A DNA stretch of 64,000 nt. It comes from Raillietiella orientalis (Eukaryota). Location of the stretch: assembly GCA_036172245.1 (NCBI GenBank), contig JAYWIR010000004.1, positions 3,038,001 to 3,102,000 on the forward strand, in the 5' to 3' direction. The stretch's first letter is position 1. Each line of letters begins with the position of its first letter. The position numbers and the translations under genes are program-made. Of the stretch, positions 1-11,400 are shown piece by piece. The notes under the pieces are model-generated. The model did no database searches, was not told the DNA's origin, and saw only the letters and a list, made by a program, of their open reading frames with translations.

Positions 1-1857
1 GCACGTGCTCACGCCGATGACTGCGCGAATTCAAAGCTCGGAAAGGATATCGAAGAACCGATAAATCCTCGATTCTGGATGCCGTGTGCCTTCTCTTTCG
101 AAACATACCATGTGTGCCCCCGTGGTCCAGGCTTTTTGTGCACGAGGAGCTCGGTGTTTGCGCCCTTCATCCATGCAACCGGGGCGGGCGAAGATTCGAT
201 AACGAGTTTGGGACAGTTTTCGAAGACTGGTTCCTCGTCGACCTTTCAGTCCAGGAGAGAAGTCGACTCCGCAGAGTATTTCTTTCTGTCTTCTCCTCCG
301 AAAAGAAATACTGAGAAGCAGATGCACCAGGAAAGCATAAGATCAGAATAGGCAAAGAAGAGAGCGCAGAAACCTAATAAAGAGCAATGATTAATCTGCA
401 GACGGCAAGTATGGCCGTCATCACGATTCGGAAAGATGTGGGTTCTCGGAATTTCTCAGTAAGCAATGAACAGAGAGGTCAAATCGCTACTGCTTTCACC
501 AATTTATCGATAAGGAACGAAATTATTACTGATCAGACTTTGTTGCGCCAGCAGCCCTGAGATGGCACCAAAGTTCAAAGCAATGGAGAAATCGGGTGAT
601 TCCAAAAAAACAGAAACAAAACAAACTTGTACCAATATTAATCAACTGTTTGTACGATAATGGAATATCGCATAAGGTATCGTATTTCCCTTCCAGGTGG
701 CTTTCAAACTGAGAATCCATGGGAAGATGCCAGGGCCTTAGCACCGAAACGAAAGCTTTAGTCACGTTTAGCCAATTCCAAGGACCGAGTCCAGCTACTG
801 ATTCTGCCTGTAATCTCCGTGATCCATCAAGATTGCAATATCCAATAAATTATCAGAGGCAAGGCGAGCAAACGAATTCAAAGGGAGTTATGCGATTGCT
901 TTGAGGCTGCTCGACGCAATGAGAAATGTGAGCCAATGAGTTGCATCAGCATTTCCAGCAGCTGCTGGAGTAATTACGAAAGAATTGGCTCTAATGAAAG
1001 TTATTATCAGTGATGACAAGAAGAAAGCAAAAACTGAGCCTAAGTGTGTTAGGACTAGCAAACACCGTTTCTTTGGTAAAGCGCTGGATAAACTTTTTAC
1101 CTTTACATACACACATTGTAATGTGGAACATACCACCGCTTCCTTCCCAGACATCTTCTACTTAAGATTTTTGAAAGAGATGCACCACAAGGAAGCTGGA
1201 CAGTTCGTTAGCAGTTGCGCCAAAGTACTTCCTGAGAGTTTGGGGCAATGCAGGCAGCCGAATATCCTAGAGAGCTCTTCTGCATAACGAACATGCGGCA
1301 TCATTTGATCCTAAGCTCTCCACACTTCAATATCAAACTGCTTCTTCCAGAAGTGGCCTTTTTCAAGAACCCTTTCGGCACCCGTCTTTGGCGACGAGGC
1401 ATCATTCCCGAGGAACGATGAATTCCGAAAGGAAAGGAAAGCAGTAGCTAGTAAACCCAGTGGACAACCGGCAAAACAGTATTTGAAAAGAAAAAGAAAA
1501 AAATTTTTTTTTCCAAAAATCCTTTCCACATTATTCTTTTGTAATTACATCGCAACTGCAATGTAGTCTACACATCGAAACTTGCACACCACATTCATTT
1601 GGGACGACGGCTTAAGATGAAAAACTTTCTCTGAGGCATGGGAAGGCTGAAAGTATTTGTCAGAATGTTCTCGGTGAAATGTGTTGTCAGAGGTTACTGC
1701 TCATAAGCATGATGTTCTTGCTAAGAAAAGCAAGAACCAGAGTTACATGAATATCTCGGGGCTAATGAATGGATCACAATAGTGGATTGTATGAGATCCC
1801 AATGGATTTCAAAACTTTCATTCTCAATGGCCTTCCACGTCTCCAAATAGTTTGATA

Positions 1858-4800
1858 TTATATTGTTGGACAAAACTTAAGGAATACATCTCCATGACCT
1901 TCTGCATATTGCAGAGCGTTTTTCATCAGTTTCTTCTCCCTCAAGATGTGTAACTGACTTATGCAGCCTGCGTACTGATGGTCACCTGTAATTGGCAGTG
2001 CTTTCGGGTTAGGGTGGCCTCCCACGTAAAGTGGGCCATCAGTATCAGTGGCTACTATCCGGGAATGGGTACCGGTACCCATATAAGGACTAGAATAATC
2101 ATTGTCCACCTGCAATGCTATGACGTTCCTGGCTTTGGTCACTGGATGGAACACGTCACACTTTGATGCTCCGTGGTGGAACTTACCTCGAATCGAATGC
2201 CAACGACCGTCGCATAACTCGAATTCATCCTTCAGGGGGAAGTCGATCTCGATAGGGCCAGCGCCATTTTCAATTAAAAATTGCACCTTCCCAGGCAACA
2301 GGCGCAGGAATAAGAAATCCCTTGTACCTTGAACGGCCAGAAGAATGCCCGTTGTGTTTCGTGGTTTAATTTGCATTTCGATATCAATTGAGGCACCGAC
2401 TCGGAACTTCTTATCTGAATAAGAGATCACTTTATGATTTGCGCAACAGCGGTAATTGAACATACCAGCAACCAGATATCCTTTTCCTTTAAAAAAGGAT
2501 CCGTCTTCGACATTATCTGAACAAGGAACAACATCTACGGACGATACCGGCGCTGGCCAGTCTATTCCTTCGGCATTCAGCTTACGGATGCAACCATTAA
2601 AACCAGATGAAACTTTCTGCAACGACAGATATCGGTTGCTGCATGCGTACATCTTGTACTACCTGTATGTTCTTTTTGATAGAGGCTTCCAGGACAGCAT
2701 CTTTCAACCCGCCCACAAACACTTCGCCGTTCACGTTGATGCTCTTCGTGTTTCCGCCGCTTCTTCCTCGAGACTCGTGTTTGCCATCAATTAGCATCAC
2801 TCCATCCGCATTCTTCCTTGATATCTCTACCAGATGCCAGGCGCTATCATTGTATGCGTTTTCAGACACCAAAATGGCCGGACCTGATCCAGCATTGTAC
2901 GAAAAAAAGATCTGCAACACGAAAGGTCAACATGCTGAGCCCAAGTGGGAAGCGTCACTTGCCTTTCCATCCACCGTGTAAAGACCTACGAAGTCGATGT
3001 TGTTCTCGGCACGTATGTAAAGCAAAACACCATCCGGCGCACCAGTCTTGATTTCCATGGAAAGTTTGAATTCGTAGGTGAAGAAGGCGGGCGCGAGATG
3101 GAATTCCAAGTGACTGTTCACGCTTCGACCTGAAAACGGAGTTTCGACGGGTCAGATGTCGTTTGCGAACCAAATCGGATGCCGTCCACGTTAGGGTCCT
3201 CTTTTGGAGGCAGCCGAAGTGAGCACTGCGGCTGCGCTACCGTGGTGGTTTCAACGAGAGGTGAAGTGGATGAAGCGGGCACAGCGGTGGTAGTTTCCGT
3301 CGCCAACGAAGCCTTCTCTGTGGTGGTCAGCCTCTCGATGCGACTCTGGTCGTCTTCGGAAGACAAATCGTTTCAGCTACCCGCTCGAGTTTGCGGTCGC
3401 AAGAGTTACCCAGGTGGCTGTACGCGGCGCTCGTGTCGTACGCTTCGCAGCCCTCCAGAGACACCGCAATTCGGTTGGTGCTGTTCGCAAAGTTCACGAA
3501 CTCGCCGTTCAGAGTGGCGTCCCCCATGCACCCTGCAAAAGTCCCCAGCATGCGTTTGCTTGCGTGACCTCCGAAGAAAACGGACATCTCGTTCGTGATC
3601 GGGGCCTCCTGGTGGTCCAGGGGAGAGCTGGGCAAGGGAATTTGAAAACTTCATCCGGGGTATTGTCTTACACGTATTTCCGGGTGTCATCGATGACCAG
3701 GTGCAGTTCCTGGTAGAACCGGGTGACTGTCACATAGTGCCAGGCGTCATCGTTGTTTTTCGTGGCGCTTCCGGACGTCAGATGTCCATTCTGCGAAGTG
3801 TTGACGACTAGCTGGCCTTCGTCGAGGAAGATGAGGACGAAGTTACTGGCATCGGAGTTGGTGGCAAAGAAGAGAAGAGCGTTCGGCTTTTCTGTGCGGA
3901 ACTTGAAACTCAGTTCCATGAAGGTACCGAGGTCACGACTCGGCAGTTCTATGTAACCAACGTCCTGATCTCTGTAGAATGAGATCACGCTGGCTACCTG
4001 GAAAAGAAGGAGCGTTGAATGAAAGAATGGGAAGCGCCTCTGACCTTTTCCGGACATCCCGGGATCACTCCACGGGATTCCTGAGATTGGCTTAGATCGA
4101 CCGGAAGTCCCGATATCTGAATGTCATCTATGCAGCCGTCGAATTCCTTGATAATCCTGTCGACGTAGTACGACTGATGCTTGTGCCCCCCGAAGAATAT
4201 GAATTCCGAGGGCTGCAGGGAATCTACGCTTCCAGGCGACTCTTTACGGCCAACTTCCACCCCATCCAGCTAAGAGCGACTCCTCTGCATTCTCCGACAA
4301 AAAGTGGCGACACCCTACTTTTAAGATCCCAGTTCTTCTCTCCCTGGCTGCTTCCACAAGATGCCACTGGTTGTCACTCACCCACCTCTCCGAAGTGATT
4401 TCGATAGGTCCATCACCCAAGTCGAACTAAGGGAACACGGAATAAGCCCTCGTGGGGAACCCTTTCGCTCCGTACTCGATAGGATAACTTTCCGTCGTTT
4501 AGGTCTATGATCGTGAACTGGCCGTCGGGAACGTTCAGGAAGAGTGTCCCTCTGGGATAGCTTGTGCGAAACTTGAAGCGTATGTCGAATTTCTTCCCTA
4601 TCCTGTAGGGCTGCCTTTCGACGGCGGCGAAACCTTGACCGTCGAACCGAAGGCCGGTAGGAGGGGTGAGATCTACGAGAGCCTTCCTGGAAACACGACG
4701 CGAGCCACTCGTCAGGAAGAAGCGCTTCTTGCATTCACCTGGCCTCTGCGCCTTTGTTGTTGTTTTCTCCGTACGCAAAGTTCCATAGGCCGGCCGACAT

Positions 4801-5445
4801 TCCGTTTATGGTCAGCCCTTCTATCGCTCCCGTGAAGCTGTTAGTCCGGATGGTATCCTGCACTCGGGAAGTGCTGGGGTACCCTCCCACGTATAAACGC
4901 GAGAGGTCTTTGTCCAGGTTGAACACGGAGTAGGATCCCGGAAGACTCTTCTTGGCCACGCTCTCCTCGATCTCCCTGTTTGCAGCTTCACGCTTCACGA
5001 CCAGCTTAGCGATCTTCCCCACCCTGCAACCATAGCGACCTGCACACAATCGCCGGCCGCAAGCCTCCCTTTTCACCTGTCGACTTTGACCTGGTGCCAC
5101 GCTCCGTCCGACACGAACATGTCGTTGACGATGGACTGGTGGCCGGAACCGAAGTCCATTACCAGGTTTACCTTCCCGTCAACAATCTCCAGCGCCATGT
5201 AGTCGTCCTTTAAGGGACCGTCAGAAAAACGCACTGGGCGTCCCAGCTTACGGCGTTACCGTCGTGGCTCCCTTCAGCTTGTTGTGCGTTCCCTCCTCGT
5301 TCCCTAGATACAGAAGGAAGCCGTCGGTCTCCTCCGTCCGGAAGTACATGTTGATTTGGGTCGATGTTGCGGTCTCGTTGATGGTCTCCGGGTTCTTGAG
5401 CTGCAGGATCGTGTCCCGCTTGAACTCTAGCCCGACCTTGATGCT
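1858..5445 (-). other. Five laminin G (LG) domains with a Thr-rich hinge (about 3230-3350) between LG3 and LG4
   Basis: Repeated LG motifs: F(R/K)T...G.L..., D..WH.V, LYVGG.P, F.GC(I/M). Hinge sequence [36 protein letters not shown], as in LanA-type chains. Confidence 0.92.
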
Positions 5446-8400
5446 GCGGCAGGGCCGGTGAGAGGAAGGGTAACACGCCAGCGCGCACTCACTTGTTGGC
5501 CTTTTCTCGGGCCGCTGCTATTTTTCGACGCAGCTCCTCGATCTTCTTGTCCAGGCCCTTCCCCTGCTCCTTCAGCTTGGACTGCTTCTCTTGCAGGTCG
5601 GTCATGTTTGAGGCCAGGTGCGGGAACGCAGTGAGGGTTTTCTCCACTAGGGATCGACAGTCTGGAGCATCGCTACGGACAGCTTCCTGGTTACCTTGGA
5701 CGGCGCTGTTCTTCATGTCGACCTTGGCCAGCTGCTGGAGTGCGGCACTTTTGTTTGCCTCGTCACCATAGCTGTTGATGTCGTTCAAGACTTGCAGGAG
5801 GTTTTCATGGAGATGCCGGATGGCTGTGGTGGTCTGGGTAGCCTTGTCCATGATTCTCTCTGGCGACTCCTTCGTTCGGGTTTTTATTATGCCCACTTGC
5901 CTAAACGTCCCCCCCTCCCCGTTTAGCAGGAACTCCGTCCCGCAGGAATCTTTTTACTTATTCAGTTTGTTCTCCAGGTCCTCGCTTTCCTCCTGGACGT
6001 CCTGGAGCTTGTCTATGGCGATCTTGGAATTCTCCAGGAGAGTTGGCAGCTCGGACTTCACCCTGCTCTGCGATGCCTGCGCCTCTTGCAGTAGTTCCTC
6101 GACTCTTTCCTTTGTCGAGGACGAGCGCTGGTCAACTCCGGAAACCTGGGAAGACGACTGCCCTGAGGGGATGCGGGGAGGTTACGGGGCCTACCTTTGA
6201 ATTTGCGCTCTTTGCTGCCTTCAGAGCAACGGTGCTGGCATTCAAGGACTGTTCCAGCCTTTCGGATATATCCTTATGGGCGTTCGCTGCTCTTAACGCC
6301 GAGCTGGCGTAGTCCTGAGTTTTCCCAAAGGAGTCCGATATGTGCTGGTACTGAAAAGACCATCTGGAATGCTGGAGGAACAATCGGATTCGTCACATAC
6401 TGTGTCCACTATATACTGGGAGTGGTTTTTCGCTTCACTTATGATGTCATCGTCTATAGAACCGTGATGTTCCGAGAACACAACGGTGCTGGTCTGGTTC
6501 AAACTAAGAAGATCATCATCTGCATCAGGTTGAAAAAAAAAAAAAAGTGCACAGCTTCCTTATAATCCTCACGAACCGAATCCCCTTAGAATTCCTTCGG
6601 CTTCCTCCAAGTTTTCTTTTGCATGGGACAGCAGTTCAGACGCGTTATTCAAAGAGCTGTTCGCCATGGACCCCAATCGACTGATATCTTTGGATATTTG
6701 AGAGACAACAAGACGCCTATTTTTTTTGTTTTTTGTTTTGGGCATTAATGAGAAATTCTAAAGAAAATTCTAAATTACTTGGGTGCTCTTGACAGTTCGC
6801 TGATCTGCCTTGCTTGAGACAACGCTACGGAACTTCTGTTGGTGAGGTCCTGGAACTTGTTGGCGATATCTTGGTAGCGGACACCAATCACCCCGACAAG
6901 TTCCTTCTGCCCAATAATGGGTTCAGAAAGCATGCTGATGTTTTCTAGGAAGGCAGTCGAGGCGTCCACCTCTTCCTGCGCGTGCTGAGACCTGTTGGTG
7001 AAATCTTTCTGCGAAACATCCTCAAGGATTTTGGTGCTTTCATCGATAGCTGCTTCCAGTTGCGGGACTGCGAGAGGAGGGGGCCATGCTACGCGGCGGT
7101 CCGAGGGCGACTTACCGGATCCCTCTTGGAGTCCCACGGCCAGCTGGATGATCCCGCCAACGATCTGCTTGACCACGTCGAAAGTGTCTTCCATGTAATT
7201 CTCCAACACTGCCGCCTTGTCTCGGATCTCCGAAGAGTTGCTCTTCATCTCCAAATTTTTGGCAAGCAGCGCCGAGGCCTGGAGAGATTTTTTTTTTTTT
7301 TTCCAAAAATTCAGTACCCCCTCCCCCTTCCGCTCTATCTTACCAATCTCTCACTGGACTTGGCATCCTTCTCCAGTTTTTTCAAGTCGTCTTCTACGGG
7401 CTCCATGTTCAGTCTGTGGCCTTCCACCTGGTGTGCTCTGCTCTTGAGCTGCTCCAGAACCCTGTTCGCCTCAACCAGCTTCTGGTTGGTCAAATACGCC
7501 ACGGCTGTTTCCTGGGAAGGCGGAACCGACGTCGGAGCTGGCGGGCGGGCGTGACGGGTGGCCTACCTCGAAAGCAAGCACGCTGGGTTCCAGGAGAACG
7601 CGCAGGGCTTCGGCGGTATCCAAAAGGGAAAGGACGCACACGCTGCAGGACTCGCATCCTTGATTCGGTATGAAAATCCACCTGTGCGGACAGGAGTCGC
7701 ACTTGTCCCCTATCACGCCCGGCAGGCACTCGCACTCTCCCGTGTGAGGGTTACACCCGAAGCCAGAAGAGAACTGACTCCTGCAGTTGCACGCTGGGGA
7801 CAGAGCAGACTAGCCTGGGATGGGGATCCACGTGGATTTTCTTACACTGGCATCCGGATGTGCTGTAGTTCCAGTGGCCGGCTTCGCACCGGTCGCATTG
7901 CTTCCCCGTCACACCTGGGCGGCACCAACACTGACCTGTCTGGTCGTCGCAGGCTGTGCTCACCGACGCGTTCGAGCAGTCGCAAGGGAAGCAGCCCTAC
8001 AACAGATGGAAAGCTGGGTTCTTCCTCCCTTCGAGACGCGATCCTGGTTCACCTGGCACTGCTCGAAGCCCCAGTGATCGATGGCGCAGCGGTCGCACTT
8101 TTCTCCCAAGACATTGCCATGGCACAGGCACTCTCCCGTGAACGAGTTACACTCGGCAGTGCCGCAGCGGTCGCATGAGCAACCTGAAAAACGACAACGG
8201 CGGTAAAATTTCGGGTCTCCTTCCTCTCCTCGACTCTTCGAGGACAAAGCGCATCCTTTAGGTCTGTGAACTCCGAACCTTCCTGAATGGGGAGAGCGGG
8301 GAACCCGTGAGCCACTGCTCGCGTTTCCGCCGGCGCCAATCGAGGGCGCCACATCGAAAAATGCAGGGTTCTGGTTTGGAAAGACTCGAAGGAAACCTTC

Positions 8401-11400
8401 GCTGCCCGAAGGAACTCTCACGATTTCGCGCGCACTCTTCAGGAAAGAAAGGCGTCCTCCGCGACAAGTCCCTTTGCAGAAGGAAGAGCGGAACCAGGGG
8501 AGCGAGCTCAAGAAGGCGGAACGCATCAGCAGGAGGAGAAAAAGCTCGAGCGGAGACCACAGATCTCTCTAAACACTGTCGAGAACGATGGCATTCCTTC
8601 CGGCAGACCTCAAAGCGAAGTCCCAGACGGGCGCGCTCGCGTCCCTCCAGACACGCACGCGTCCCCCATGCGGAGGCGCGCGCGACGCCGTGCCGACGGG
8701 AGGTTGGAGCACGCGCCTTCTGGTTGCCCCTCATCTTCACTTACTCTGGCAGTTTTTCAGCATCACCGCGTCTCCGAAGTATCCAGGTTGGCACAGGTCG
8801 CACGTGACGCCGAAAGTGTTCCCGAGGCACTTCAAGCACTCGCCCGTCTCCCTGTCGCAGGATTCCGGATCCAGGGGGTCGATATTGCCGGAGCAGTTGC
8901 ACGGCTTGCAGAAATCGCCTGAGAAAAGCGTTCCCGTGTGATCGCGATCCCGCTTCCGGATTCACCAGGCACTGTCGGTAGTCCAAAGTAGCCGGGGGAG
9001 CAGTATTCGCAAGTGGATCCCGAATACCCTTCGCGGCAAACGCACTGGATGTTGGAGCCATCATCCGGGAAGCTGCAGCTGCTGGCAAAACTGCAAAACG
9101 CATATTCTACTGCTGTAAAGATGACACAGCCGGTAGCAGGACTTACTTGTTCGAGGGGATGGGAAGAGGACACGGGCAGATCAAGCAGTCGTGAGGATCG
9201 CCCAGGGTGGCGTTGCCGTGGTAGCCTTCCGAGCACCGTTCGCACCTCCGACCTTCCGTGTTGTCCTGGCAATCCTGATTTCTACGTTTAACGACAGATA
9301 CCCAGCGGTTGTCGGGACACGTACGAAGCAGCTGCCCGTGAGCGGGTCGCAGGACTGGGAATGGCCGTGGCACTCGCAAGGGATGCAGAAACCCCCGTAA
9401 GGACCGACGGATGTGCGGAAGAACCCGTCCGCACAGTCCTCGCACGAAGATCCTCGGTAATTGGAGGGGCACGAGCACTGCTCCACACTGGAGGCTGCTT
9501 CCATTCCTTCTCCTCCGCCAGACGCAGACGCGACCTCCATGCTCACTGACAAGAGCCTTTGGGGAGTTAGGGGAGGAAGGAGAGAGGAAAGAGAGTTCAC
9601 GGGGATTGCGCGTGAGTTAACCCCACCCCCCGCTACTACCTGGAGGTCAGTGAATCGTCCCAGTAGCGGGCCTTGATGTAAATCCCTTCCAGCTTCCAGA
9701 GGACCATCATGACCTGATCGTGGGAAGCCTGCAGTCCAGAAGCCAGTCGGAAATTCCTCTCAATGATGTGGGTCGTCTCGTAGCGTGGTCCTTCGGAAGA
9801 AGATTCCCCGGATCCGTAGAACAGCAGGGTGATGTTGTTCCCCACAACGAACATGTCAGGATAGAGCAGGGGCTTGGCGTCTGGAAGAAGCGGAACCTAC
9901 AGTTCCGATATTCCATAAGCGGAAGCAAACTCAAGTCACCAGAAGCATAGCGCCGGTCCGAGAGCGTTTCGTAAGACAGCCTCCCGCCATAGGAGGAGAG
10001 ACGATTTCCGAGGAAACGGTCCGGGGCTGCGAAGTAGATCAGATCGGAGTCCCCGGCGTCTTCCAGGAAGACCACCAGGGAATCGTTCTCCCGGACCACG
10101 TCGAAGTGGACTTCCAGAGGTTTCGGAGACGGTAGCACTTGCGAAAATCCTCTGATGGACCACCCGTCGTTCCCGGAAACCTGCTCGAAGGAACGGAAGC
10201 TGGAGGGAGTGCTCTCTCTGGAGAAATCCCTGTCCCCACCTCGCTGCGGCTCAGGCGCGAGGCGCCGCAGTGGGTCGACTTCTGAAAGCAGAAGCACGAG
10301 GTGCAGCCGTCCGGGTTGCTTTCCTCCAGGTTGTAGCTTCCGGGTCGGCAGATGTCGCACGATTCCCCTTGCACGTTCTTCTTGCAGTCGCACCTGCCCA
10401 ACTCCTAACCAGACAGGAAAATGGGGGGAGGGAGGAAAGAAGGAGAGGCGAAGCGCTCCCGTTCCACTGCCCTCTCCTTTCCCTTTTACCTGGTCGCAGA
10501 TGTCCTCTTCCGACCCACGCAGGTCGCATCCGCACAGTTGGCAATAGGGATAGGACCAGTATCCCGCCAGACACTTGTCGCATCGGCGGCCTACTATATT
10601 GGGACGACACCTGGAGGGAGGTGAGGAGAGGGGGGGGGCAAAGACGCCTTGTTCCCATTCCGCACGAACCGGCCGCACTGACCTGCATTGACCGGTCACC
10701 AGATCGCACTGCTCCTCGCCGTACTCCGTCCCGTAGCTGCTGCAGTTGCAGCTCTCGCAGCCGATCAGAGGGTGGTAGCCGAACGTCAGTGGCTCGCACT
10801 GGTCGCACTTGTTTCCCACCACGTTTTTCGGACACTCGCACTCGCCTGGTTCCAGGGGAATTCGCCAAGTGAGGTGCCGCTTTCGGGTTGCGCGCAATAG
10901 GGGGGGAGCATTCACCTGTGATCTCGTTGCATGTGAGGGTCTTGAAAGGGCAGTTGCAAGGACGGCAATCAGGGAAGTTGTAGAAGCCCGTGCGGCAGCG
11001 CTCGCATCTCCTGCCGATGACGTTCGGGCGGCAGGAGCACTGACCACCGAAACTCCGGCACTCGTAGCTGGTGGACCCCTTCGGGTCGCAGTCGCAGGGC
11101 AGCGCGCCGTTGTTGTACTCGGCCGACAGGGAGAAGGTGGCCTGTTTGCAGAACTCTTTTCGAAGGGAGAAAAGAGGTCAGCGTCCCTTCAGTACCCGTG
11201 ACAAGTCCCCGTCTCATACCTGAGGCATCCTCCTGCAGGTGGAAGTGGTTTCCCGCGCACTCTTTGAGGAAATACTCGGTGTCGTCCAAAGGCATTTCCT
11301 GAAGGACGGAGGGGTTGAATTGGGCCTGAGGCACCACCAGCAGGTAGTCTACCCAGACCGTCTGCCTGGAGGGGTTCTAAGGGAACGCCCGGTGAGGGAA

